NCBI GenBank assembly: GCA_013265495.1 | Contig: MU058687.1 | Location: 1,302,001 to 1,366,000 of the forward strand | Reading direction: 5' to 3' | DNA from: Vicugna vicugna | Taxonomy: Eukaryota | DNA length: 64,000 nucleotides | Shown here: positions 50,786 through 61,700 of the stretch, piece by piece | Position numbering within the stretch: position 1 is the first letter of the stretch | Layout: every line of letters starts with the position of its first letter | Translations under genes and position numbers: made by a program | The notes under the pieces: model-generated | What the model saw: only the letters and a program-made list of their open reading frames with translations | The model's database searches: none | Told to the model about the DNA's origin: nothing

Positions 50786-53700
50786 TTTTACTCAGAAGCG
50801 AAAGTGGGGCCTGTCTACCTGCACTCCTTCAATGTCTCTTTGTTCTTTGAGTCCCTCTGGCCATGCCGCAGCCAGCTGCATTCTCAGAGCTGGGAGGAGA
50901 GGATTATCTCCAGGCAAGGCTCAAGGCTGGACCTGACAGGCCCATCAATCTGGGAGGCTCTAACTGGACCCATTACCTTATCTGAGCAAATTCTCCTTCG
51001 GAAGATCATCCCGCACCATGTGCCTTTCCTAAGCAGGATGCAGTGAAGCGGGGTGTTGGAGAAGGAAGGTTGGGGGCAGGGTGAGGTGGAGGGGATCTGA
51101 AGCGCCATCGGAATGGGTGGCCTGAGTCAGCAGAGCTGCACCGGGCCCTGGGGATTTCCAGGGGGAACTGTGTGGACAGAATTCCCCCTGGATGATGGTC
51201 TAGACAGGGCTCATTCTTCCCTCTGCTCACCAGGGGCTTCTGCTTCCCCTTTAGGAAGAGGAAACACCCCGGCTGTTTATTTTGGGGCTGAGGATCTGTT
51301 GTGAATAAGCTCCAGGATGGGCTGCAGGACAAGTCTTCCCCACGCCCGCACGTGGAGCATTTCAGGAAACTGGCAGCCCTGTCACAGCACTTGCTCTGGG
51401 CAGCAGGGGGAGTGGGGCGGTGAGGGTGCAGGATTAGATCAATTGGGAAAATAAAGGAAGGACAATGCTTGAGATCAAATCCAGTAAATAAGAAAAAGTG
51501 GTTTAAAAGCAGATTAGAATTCTTGCTACTTTTTCCCGTCTTAAAATCAATCTATTTATTAAAAAAAAAACAAAAAAACTCACAGCCATTGACAGCCATG
51601 ATTGGAGTGCCTTCTGTGAACAAATTAATAGAGTGGGGCTCATAGTACACATACTATTGTATAGTGTTTTCCACTTGAATATATGTCTTCTAAACACTAT
51701 TTCATGTTAATAATTATGTATGTTTTTATCCTTTTTTTAAAGACTAAAAAAGCTTTCTCTGGTATGCAGATGCCATAATTACTTTTTAAGTAAAATCTCC
51801 CCCTAAACATTTTAGTTGTTCACATTTCTACCATTATAAAGTATGCCCACAAGGAACATATTTCTTATGTGTTTCCCCAACTGCCTTCTCTAACACTTAA
51901 TTCATCTTCTTTCTTCTGCCTTCCTTCTCTCTTTCCTGCACCCTCCTCTACCCAAACGAATCTTTACAGTGTGGTGTATATTTTTCTGCACCTTTCTCTA
52001 TGCCCAAGCAATGATGGACAGCCAGCCTGTATACACAGAGGGCTGATTTGTTTCGACACATGTTTACGAGGGATGGAATGCTGAGCCATGTTCTCAGTGG
52101 CTTGGTTTTCTCTCCTGATGAGAACCCCCCTGTCTCTATCCATGTATTCTTTCCCAGATGAGAGCACCCGTGGGGTCAGGAGATGTGAAAACTTTCTCTT
52201 TCTGTGTCTTCCACGGCTACTTGGAGGCCTTGGCTAGAAGGCCTTGGCCACTATCTCCTCAGACTTTTAGTTTCCTATAAAATAGAAGCTGCCACTGCCC
52301 CATCTACTTCACAGGATTACTCTGAACAAAACTCTCAAGTATATAAAATAAGCCTTTATAAGAGACACTGTGGGCTTTATTTGCTATTTTTTAAACACTT
52401 CTGATCCTTCCCTACCTCTGTGCCTTTGCTTATGTCATTCCATTTGCCTGGAATGCCCTTCCGCCAGCTCCCCTTATCCAAGTGTGACCCACCCCTTAAG
52501 GCCCAGTTCAAACTCCATTTCTTGCATTGCCTCTGATGCTTCCAGCTAGAGGCCATCTCATCCTCCTCCAGACCCTTTATTTTCTGAATTAGTCCTTCAT
52601 TTCCTTGCAGTATTCTGCTTTATGTTTTTACAATCTGAATTTAAAGGCTCCTGAGGACAGGCACTGTATCTTATATGTTTGCTATCCCCACAGGGTCCAG
52701 CAGTCATACCCGTAACGCCCTCAAATATTTGTCCAGTGAAAGAATGAATGAAATGAATGAGTGAGTGAATTAATGTCCTCGACTATGACTCCAACACATT
52801 CTGCCACGGCCATGGTTTTAGGAATAGGTTAGAATTGTGGAAGATTCTGAGCATTTTCAAAGAAGGATGTTTTAGAGGTTCTTTATCATATTTGCCCTCA
52901 TTGGAAAACATTTTATGGTGGAAAATACAAAAAAAGCACAATGATAAAAGCAAAAATCACTCATAGTTTAGCCACCCAGAGAAAATTCACTTTTAACATT
53001 TTAATATATATATTTTTAGTCTTTTTTAGTATATCTTATTTTAGTCTTTCTATGTATATACGTACTTATAAGATATGACACATATGCATGTGTTTATAAA
53101 TACCCCTCCACACACATAAATATATGTTAAAAAAAAAAAAAAGATTTAGCACTTGTGCTCTGTGATGGGGGTGGGCAATGGGAGGAGCAAATTTTGGATG
53201 CCCTGGGCATTGCTCAGGGGTTCTGGTTATGGAGATCCAGGAACTCTTCCTGTAAGGGCAAGCTGAGGCAAGTTTGTGGGCCCTTTGTGCTCACTGAGCC
53301 TTTGAGTCGGGGAGGGACCCTCAGCAGAGAAGAGAGTCCCCGGATGTCCTGTGACCCTGGGTCTCACAAGGGACACAAAAGCAGTGCCTACAGTCTCCCC
53401 CTCTTACTGCTCCCCTCTCATCCTGTGGGTCCCCCAGGATTTCTAGTTCTCGCTCATCAAGAAAAGCTGTATCCCTGGGGCGATGATTTCCTGTTCCTTG
53501 TCCCAGCCCTTCCTATTGGAAACACCAAAAGTACAGAATTACTCAAAAAACAATTCTTGCGTGGGATGAATTGGTTCTTCCTGGGAATTGTGACACTCCC
53601 AGAGGAGGGAGGGATGCACTCCCCAGGATGGGTCCTCAGACAGATGGTGGCTGATAGGTTGAGGGTGTGTCCAGGCGTGGGGCAGAGGGTAAGAGCTCAC

Positions 53701-53899
53701 ATTCATTGTGCGCGGACTCTGCGCCAGACACTGCTTGCCCTTTACACACGTTCTCATTTAACCTGCAAAAGAAACACTCAAGATGGTATCATCATGCCCA
53801 TCTGACGGAAGAGGAAACTGAGGCTGGTTCGGAAGCCTCTGAAATAAAATTGTGTGAGCATAGCTGACTCCACCTGGTGTCATGTATGACCGCACTGCT

Positions 53900-56800
53900 G
53901 TTCACTGGCTGGCACTTCCTGATCACCTCCTTCCCTGCCACAGAAGCCTCCCTCACCCTGGGACAATGGCCTTTCTCCTCCCAGGAATGTCCTGGACTCT
54001 CCCTCACCCTCACACCAGGCCCTCAGCAAGACCTGTGGACTCTGGCTCCAAAATGTCTCCCGCGTCCCCCGAGTCCCTCCACCTTCACTTCCCCTGCTCT
54101 GGTCTAAAGGACCGTCATTCTCTGCTAAACCACTGCAGCTGCCCTGATGCCTGATGGTTTATTCTCCACACTGCAGCCAAAACGGCCTCTTAAACAGATC
54201 CTATCACATGGCTTAAAAGCTTCTAATAGAGTCCCAACAAACCTTCAACAAAACCCAAACTCCTTGCCTTGGCTTATGAAGTGCAACAGGACGTGGCCTC
54301 CTCACCCCCACCACACGCCATCTCTCTGTTCCTCCAGCAGCCACGCCAGCTCCCACCGCAGGGACACTGCAGCTGCTGTTCTTCACTTCTGGACCTCTGG
54401 ACTCTTTCTCCTCTCAGCTGCCCTCGCGGCTGTTCCTTCTTGTTATTCAGGACTCAGTTTAAAGGCCATGTCCTTTGAGAGGTTTTCCCCACCTGTTTGA
54501 AGTAGCCACTTAACCACTTGCTATCACATCGTCCTGTTTTAATGATCTACATGGTACTTACCACTATGGAGTACTTTAAAATTTTTATTCATTCATTCAT
54601 TCACTCATTCATTTCCTGTGTCCTCCCACTAGAATCTGTCCCCAGGGCCAACAGTGCCAGGCATAGAGCGGCTGCTCAATATGTCTTTGTTCAATCTTTG
54701 TGAATGAATGAATGAATGAATGAATGACAGTTTCCTCTAATTAATTAATTCGATGAACATTTATCATCTGTTAGCAGCCAGATGCTAAGCTAAGGGCTAT
54801 GTGAAAAGTAAAGATGAGCAAGACACATTAACCCTCAAGAAGCATTTAATTAATGGCGTCTGTCAGAGATGTGCCTTCAGATAATCTAGGGGGGTAAAAA
54901 AAAAAAGGGAAAACAGATGAAACAAAGTTGACCAAATGTTGATGGCTATTGAAGAAGCATGATGGGAAAGAGGGGGGCTATCATTTTACTCTCTTGACTT
55001 TTGTCAAGTATCTTTGTATGCCCAAATGTGTATTTGAGAATGTCCAAAAAAAAAAAAAACCAGTTTGGTTTGGTCTTGCTTTTTTAAAAAACTGATGATC
55101 AAGATAGGGAGAAGTGAAAAAAAAAAGATCTGGAGAAGTGTATGCAGATAACTACTTTGCTGCAGACTGCCGAGAATGCTATAAATGAGGGACTCTGTTA
55201 GTGAGTAAACATTTATCACGTTGACCGAGCATCTAGCGTGTACCAGGCCCTGTGCTAAGTGGCAGGGATATAATGACAAATGAGACACACATGGGGCCCA
55301 CTTGCACACAGCATACAGTCTGGCCTATAGACATAGGAATGGGAGCTGCATAAAAGAACAAACACAGTGCGTAAGAGGGAACATTCACTTGGTCTGGAGT
55401 TCAGGAAAGTGAGGGCAGGGACAGCCTCCCAGGAAGAGGGAACAGCTTGCACGATGGATAGCAGCATGAGAGAGCATGGCTCATCCCAGGAACCAGGGAA
55501 GACCCGCATTCTAGGGCAGACAGAGCAAGGAGACAAGTGAAAAGAGATAAGGCTGGACCAGTGAGGAGGGGCCAGACTCCACAGGGGTGTGAGGGTCCTG
55601 CTGGACATTTGGGACTTTATCCTCCACCACTGAAGGAGGGTGCAGGTAGGTTTCCTGAGGTAGGCGACTTATAAAGTAGGCTTTGAAGGTTGGGGACGAC
55701 TGCAACAGGCAAAGGTAGAGCCCCAAAAGGCATTTCTGGCGAAGGTAACAGTGAACTCTGGTCCGGAGGGAAAGAGTTCAAGGTATTGAGGAAATAGTGG
55801 GTGGCCTGACATGGGAGGGGCATGGGTGCGTGCAGGGGTGTAGAGGCCAATAAGCCTAGACGAGAAGTCAGGACAAGTGCCAGGCATAGTGTGCAAAGGA
55901 CTTTGGACTTTATTCCTCAGACAATGGAGATCCGCTGACAGTTTTTTGATCATTGGACAGGTGGGATCACAATTGCCCTTGGGAGGGATGGATTTGATGG
56001 GGAAAGCAGGTGGGAGATTATTGATGTGAGTGGTGATGCAGGTTTGACTTTAACACTCAACAATTTATTGAGCATATACTACATGCCAGGCATCCTACTG
56101 AAAGCTGGAGATGCAAAGAGGACAAAAGGACTGCCTCTGTCCTGCTGCACAGAGCTGAACGATGAATAAAATGACAATGATAATACATAGTGACACAGTG
56201 ACATGACCAGCATGTCATTGGAACACTCAAAAAAAGAGGCCACTGAACTCTGCCTGAAGTGGGGGCAGGGCTCAGGAAAGGCTCTCGGAAGGACATGAGC
56301 CTTCCCTGAGGGATGACTTACCAGAAAAGGATGGAGGGCAGCATTTCAGGCAACAGTGGACAGCTGGGAGGTTTGAGAGCAGAACGACTGCAGACTTGGG
56401 CTAAGGACGGGGAAGCTGGTGCTGTGTCAGGGAGAGAATCGGGAGGTGGAGTGAGGGCTTTGCACATCAAACTAGTTTCTTATCGTTAAGGTAATGGAAA
56501 TTAATTATCCCCAATTCTTCCCTTTGTTTCCGCAGCCCTGGGGGTTCCCGCAACTATTCACTCCTTCCTAGAGTTGCCGCCTGAGGGTGACCTTACCCTT
56601 CTATCTGTCTTTTCAGTTGATAATTTTAGACTCTGTAAACAATTGATCTGGAATTAATCTTACATCTTAAATGAACTCTGTTAGAAATAGCTGGTGTGAT
56701 TTCAGTTCCTGGGCTGGACCCTGACTGATAGAGAGAGGGCTGGAGGGATTTTAAGAGGAGATCTGCATTTTAGAAAGCTCTCTCCAGGGGTGATTATGGA

Positions 56801-57370
56801 GAATGAAGCCTGGAGTCTGGGAGTCCATTCAGGCAGTGGCTACAGTGTTTCAGGGAAGACAGGCTTAGGCTTAACGAAGACAGAAAGGAGGGTCTACAGT
56901 CAAGAGAGACTAAGGAAATAGAAGTAATGGAAGATGGAGGTCAGTTAGCAGGTTTAGCTTAGGCTTCTGGGTTTACTTTGGTGTCCCATCTACTGTAGCA
57001 CAAAATATAGAAGAGTTAGGTGGGTGTCGAGGGAAGGAGTGATTCTGAGGGGCTGTGGAACCACCTGGTAGAAATGTGCTGCAGGCAGCTGTATATACAG
57101 ATCTGCCGTCAGAAGAGGAGTCTGAGCCAAACAGATGGATCATGAAACCAACCAGGGATGGTGTGGTTGAGGTCCTGGAGGAGATCACCCAGGGATTATG
57201 TGGAGGAGGATGAGAGAAGAGGGCTGAGGGTGGAGCCCCTGGAATCCCGACACTTAGAAGATAAACTGAGGAAGAGGAACCCACAGAAAATCCTGAAGAG
57301 AAACCTGGGAACCGCAAAGATGGTAGAAGAAGGACTGGGAGGGTGGAGCCTGGGCACCCCAAGGAGGTAG
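53900..57370. mobile_element. Cluster of degraded LINE-2 fragments in both orientations
   Basis: Plus-strand L2 3' end ending in (TGAA)n at about 54700-54726; minus-strand L2 pieces (CAATTTATTGAGCATATACTACATGCCAGGCA, GGACTTTATCCT, TTTTAGAAAG). Confidence 0.6.
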
Positions 57371-58769
57371 ACTTGGCGAGGGATGTGTGTTACAGGCACA
57401 CAGACACATTTTAAAAGAAATTGCCTCCCATATATTTGGTATATTAAGTAGAAATTTTCTTATATCAACCCTGAGGCCACCAAAGACCTGGCCCAACCTT
57501 CATCATTGTCTGCATGCGTCAGGAGAAGCCACCTGGCAGGAAGCAGCCAGGTGGAGCAGAGAATCTTACAGTCAATAACTGGTGATAAGGCCAAGTGTGT
57601 GGCAATATCAAATAATCAAGAACCAGCGTCACCCCAGGGAGCAGGTAGTAGTCAGCTATCCTTCAGACAAGGAATGGGTGGAGGGGTGTCCCAGACGCCT
57701 GGGAGGGGAAGTGGGAGGGAGCACACGTTTACGGAGCAGGCCAGGCACTGCACTAGGCTCTTCGAATGTTATGTCAATTAACCTTCCCAGTAGCCCTGCC
57801 TCTTTCAAAGATAAGGAAGTTGAGGCTCAGAGGGGTTGAATAAAGTGCCCAAGGTCATATAATACCTGGATGACCTAAGATTTGAACTCAGAAGGCCAAA
57901 GCCTGTGCTGACTCAAATGAGACTTTGGTCTCCAACTAAATCTATTCCCCTGGTGACCTGAAGGGCCACATTCTTTAATTCGGGGGGGCACCGATACAAA
58001 CCTTCCCGCTGAAGCTTGAGCTGCGTGGTGGCTCAGCGCCCGGTCAGTGGCAGAGTTCAGTGTTCTACATGAGTGGTTCACTGCAGGCACTTGCTTCTGA
58101 ACCAGACTTCCTGTTTCATCATTCACACCTATTGTCTTACTCCTGGGTTTCTTGCCAAATGCTTTCCTTGCCACTCCCAGTATACGGGTAAGGCGACTGG
58201 GCAACAGACTGTAACGAGGAGTTGGCCAGATCTACTTTCCTTCCAGAGACCCTAGGGCCTGATAAGCAATGAGCAGCTCCAGGGGCAGGCCTTCCATCCA
58301 ATTTTTGAGACCCTAGAAGACCCCCTTTGAGCTTGATTACCAGTCAAATAATGATAACAGCTAAAGGACACAGGTGGCTTTCTGTGTGCCAAGCTTTAAG
58401 CTGTGTGCCTTATATGCATTGTTTCATATAATCCTTAAAGCAGCCCCATGGGGTAAGTATGATTATTACACCCCTTTTGCACGCAAGGAAACAGGCTCAG
58501 GGAAAGGTGTCTACACCAGGAGGCATCAGGAATGCCTGAATCAAAAGCACAGAGAGGTGTCTGCCATGCCACCCTCACTTCCTCTTCTGTCCCTGCCCCA
58601 AAGCCCTTGGCTTAGAATCCTTCATCCATGAGAAATCCCTCCTCCTTTTTCCTAAGGTCAAGGAAACTCTGGTCAGGGGTGCAAAGTGGTGACAAAGGAA
58701 ATATGTGCCTTGGGTGTCCCCAGAGTCCCGTTTGGGGACTTTTATTCAATAAATCTTTTTACACAGAAA

Positions 58770-59265
58770 TCAAGGTGTCTTTTGGGCTGCATTCCTTCAT
58801 GGAGGTGGGGTCCTCTTCCAAGTTCACATGGTTGTTGACAGAATTTTACTTTCTGTGTCTGTATGACTGAAGTCCCTGTTTTCTTTGTAAGATGTCATTG
58901 AGGACCATTCTCAGCAACCAGAGGCTGCCCTTAAGTCTTTGTCACATGGCTTCTTCTGCAGGCCCTTTCACAACCTGGCAGTGTACTTCTCAAAGGCCAG
59001 CAAGAAAATCTCTCTGATTTCAGGCAGGGTCTCAATCCCTCTTTTGAAGAGCTCATCTGATTGGGTCACCTACCTAGGACAATCTCTCTTTCAATTAACT
59101 CAAAATCAGCTGATTTGGGACCTCAATCCCTTTTGCCATAATCAAGGAGGTGATATCACATCATCTTCACAGATCCTACCTACACTCAAGGGTATATAAA
59201 GGCATACAAAGCATATACACCAGAGGACAGGAATCTTGGGGGTTATCTTAGAATTCTGCCTACCA
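58770..59265 (-). mobile_element. MaLR LTR fragment (MLT1-type)
   Basis: GAAATCAAGGTGTC...GGGCTGCATTCC...ATCTTAGAATTCTGCCTACCA is the reverse of an MLT1 5' end. Confidence 0.65.
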
Positions 59266-61156
59266 AGGGTAGGGAGGGAGGAGGAAAGGGAATGTGCCAG
59301 GGTAGGTAATCTTTGGGCTGAGTGTAGAAGAGTTAATTTGAATGCTCTAGGCTGCCAATTAAGGGAAGGGGTTGGGGGAAGGAAGGAGGAAGGGTGGAAA
59401 GGGCATTATGGAAAGACAGAAGAACATAAACAAGGGTACAAGGGCATGAAGAAACCTGTTCAGTAAGTAGCAATGGAATTGTCCAGTGGGGCCATAGGTT
59501 GGGGGTTGGGGTGGGGATTGAGAGGAGGTAGACAGACTATTAAGTCGTTAACACCATGTCCTTTCAATGAGTCTAGGCCTCAATTCCTGGTGACCAGACA
59601 AGGTAGGCTAGAGACAAAACTGTCAAACAACAAAAATTTCACTTTGAAGTTCCTTCCACCTGCATTTCTCCATCTCCCCATCTCACCTCCTTCAGAAAAG
59701 TCCTTTCTCCAGAGGTCTCTCTCCAGGGCTCCCTGACCTTGCCCACCAGTGCATCACAGTTCTGCTGGTCTAAGGAGATGAGTATAGACCTGGACCCTTA
59801 CACCCAGGCTTCTGGTGGAGAACAGACTCTTGCTTCCTGAGTCAGCTTCTGGATGCTCCTTTTTTGTGGGTGGAGAAGCCAAACAGTAGGCAGACTGGAG
59901 AGGACTAGAAACCAGAGATACTACTAGTCAATCTACATAAAAACAAAGAGCTAAGGGAGAAGGAGCTGGGAGAGGCAGAGAAATATCCAGGAAGGCTGGG
60001 TGTCTGGAAGTTTTACGGGCTGAGAGCAGCTATAAGGTTCAGAGAGGGGAAGAAAGGTTCAGAAGTGTGGCTATGTTTACTGATCAGATCCTTCTTTTTT
60101 TCCCCTCTTCTCAATATTTAAATAAAAATGCAAATTAATTTTAAAATTAGTTTTTAGTTAGTTTAGGTTATTTCTCCTGTGTATGTGTGGTTTGATTTGC
60201 TTTGGTTTTGGAAGACGATACTGTGTAGAGCCTGGGCCTCGTGAGACCTCTACGATTTATTTGGGTTGCCCTGAAAGGAAAGGGATCTGATAAATCACTG
60301 ATTCCTCTTTGTGAAATACTTTAATATGTTACCACTTTCTGAAATGTTTACTTAAGAGAACTCCAAGGACAGAAGCACCCCCCCCCATTCCCCAGAAATG
60401 AATGTGTACTAGTAGAATTTCAGAGGTAATGATACAGGATGATGGTTCTTTCTCCAAAATAAACCCCTCCAACTCAGTTTCATTCTGTCTTATCTGTCCT
60501 AGCCATGTAATTTCTCTGGTCTCTGGTTCCTGGGATCAGCTCTGCTTCCTCCCTTGGAATTTATGTCTGGTACCCAGTGATCAAGATAACGAACTTGTAA
60601 CTACCTTCTTTTTTTGTTTGTTTTTTGGAAAAAAACTTTTGCCCTGCCTTCCCTCAAGTGGAAAAAGAAAGCAAATCACCCAGCTGCCCCAGCTGAACAG
60701 CGTTTCTGCCCACTACACCTGTGAACAGCGATCATGGCTTCTGGACAAGGTCATGGCCCCGAGGTCTACAGAACAGTCAACCAACCCGGCCCAGCATTGT
60801 CCCCATCTTGATTTCTTGGCATAGCGTTTTAATATCCATATTGTTTGCATTTGGTTGGACTTAAACACAGTAGGGTTTTATTTTTGTTTGTTTTGCAGAG
60901 TGGGGTTCTAAAGGGTCGGGGTGTATTCTAGCCAAACTTGCCCCCACGTAGGCCAGAGAGAAGAGGTGTGGAAGGAAGTGAAGAGGAGCCGTGAGGTAAA
61001 ATAGGGACTGGTGTGAGAACTGACTTCTTCCTGAAAAGCCTGGAACATCATTCTCAAAGCCCCCTACAGCCCAGCTCCTCATACCGGCCATTCCCTTGAA
61101 ATGTTCTCCCCAGAGCAGGGCTCCATGTGGTGCACCCGTCCAGCCCCTGCACAGGA

Positions 61157-61191
<35 letters not shown>

Positions 61192-61204
61192 TGCACACAC
61201 ACAT
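61157..61204. repeat. (CA)n microsatellite
   Basis: Interrupted CA run; an oppositely oriented (TG)n run lies at 61547-61579. Confidence 0.95.
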
Positions 61205-61254
61205 ACTCATCTCTGTCTGGTGACAGATTGGGCCCAAAGATTCTGGCAGTCTGC

Positions 61255-61700
61255 GTGGCCGATGGCAGTGTCGAGCCTGTTCTCACTGTCTCCCTGGAGT
61301 CCCAGTGCAGACGCAGGTGCGCGTCAGTGCCCGCTCTAATTTTATCCCTGGTTGATGGAGGAGACTAACTGAGCAGCAGGGAGGCTGCTATTTTGGGTCT
61401 CTCCGTGGCTCTGGGTTATATAAAGCCTATTGCTGTGACCTGCATTGCTTTGTGGCTGTGCCTCACTCTTGCGCGTTCTGTCACAATATGTCATCAGTTC
61501 AGACATTCACACACACACCCCCGGAGCTTGGGGAATGAGAAGGGAGGTGTGTGTGTGTGTGTGTCTGTGTGTGTGTGTGCTCCTGCCAGCTCGCTGGGGG
61601 AGGAGGCCTGCTTATACGCCTGGGAGGGGGGATTGTACGAGAAGGAGGTTTGTTTTTGAAGGAAATGGAAAGATATCTGATGGAGGAACGTGAGTGCATG
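61255..61700. promoter_or_regulatory. Candidate distal enhancer in the TMED10-FOS interval
   Basis: Local CpG retention, CRE half-site CGTCA at 61322, and three MEF2-like A/T cores at 61336, 61388 and 61416, between CA/TG repeats. Confidence 0.4.

Larger units (their letters stand above)
26998..51019 (+). pseudogene. Candidate decayed multi-exon protein-coding gene (unitary pseudogene), divergent from TMED10; family unknown
   Basis: Non-repeat segments bounded by polypyrimidine-AG and/or GT sites, giving protein-like translations with scattered stops: 28099-28203, 28293-28423, 30814-~31526, 32413-33783, 35855-~36054, 36164-36452, 40776-41205, 42990-43500, ~46341-46468, 48443-48515, 48697-48875, ~49772-49951, 50017-50058, 50301-50348 and 50852-51019. 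Several junctions are phase-consistent, and many overlap in-register antisense ORFs. No homology search was possible. Confidence 0.5.

Noticed and set aside
54590..54726. (TTCA)n and (TGAA)n repeats as an array or inverted structure
   Set aside because: These are standard LINE-2 3' terminal repeats. No CRISPR-like repeat-spacer periodicity was seen anywhere in the window.
57980..58055. CpG-rich patch as a CTCF site
   Set aside because: GCGCCCGGTCAGTGG does not fit the CTCF core spacing well enough to call without data.
60861..61699. Cluster of 66-141 aa ORFs
   Set aside because: Kept open by CA/TG microsatellites (HTHT and VCVC translations); not coding.
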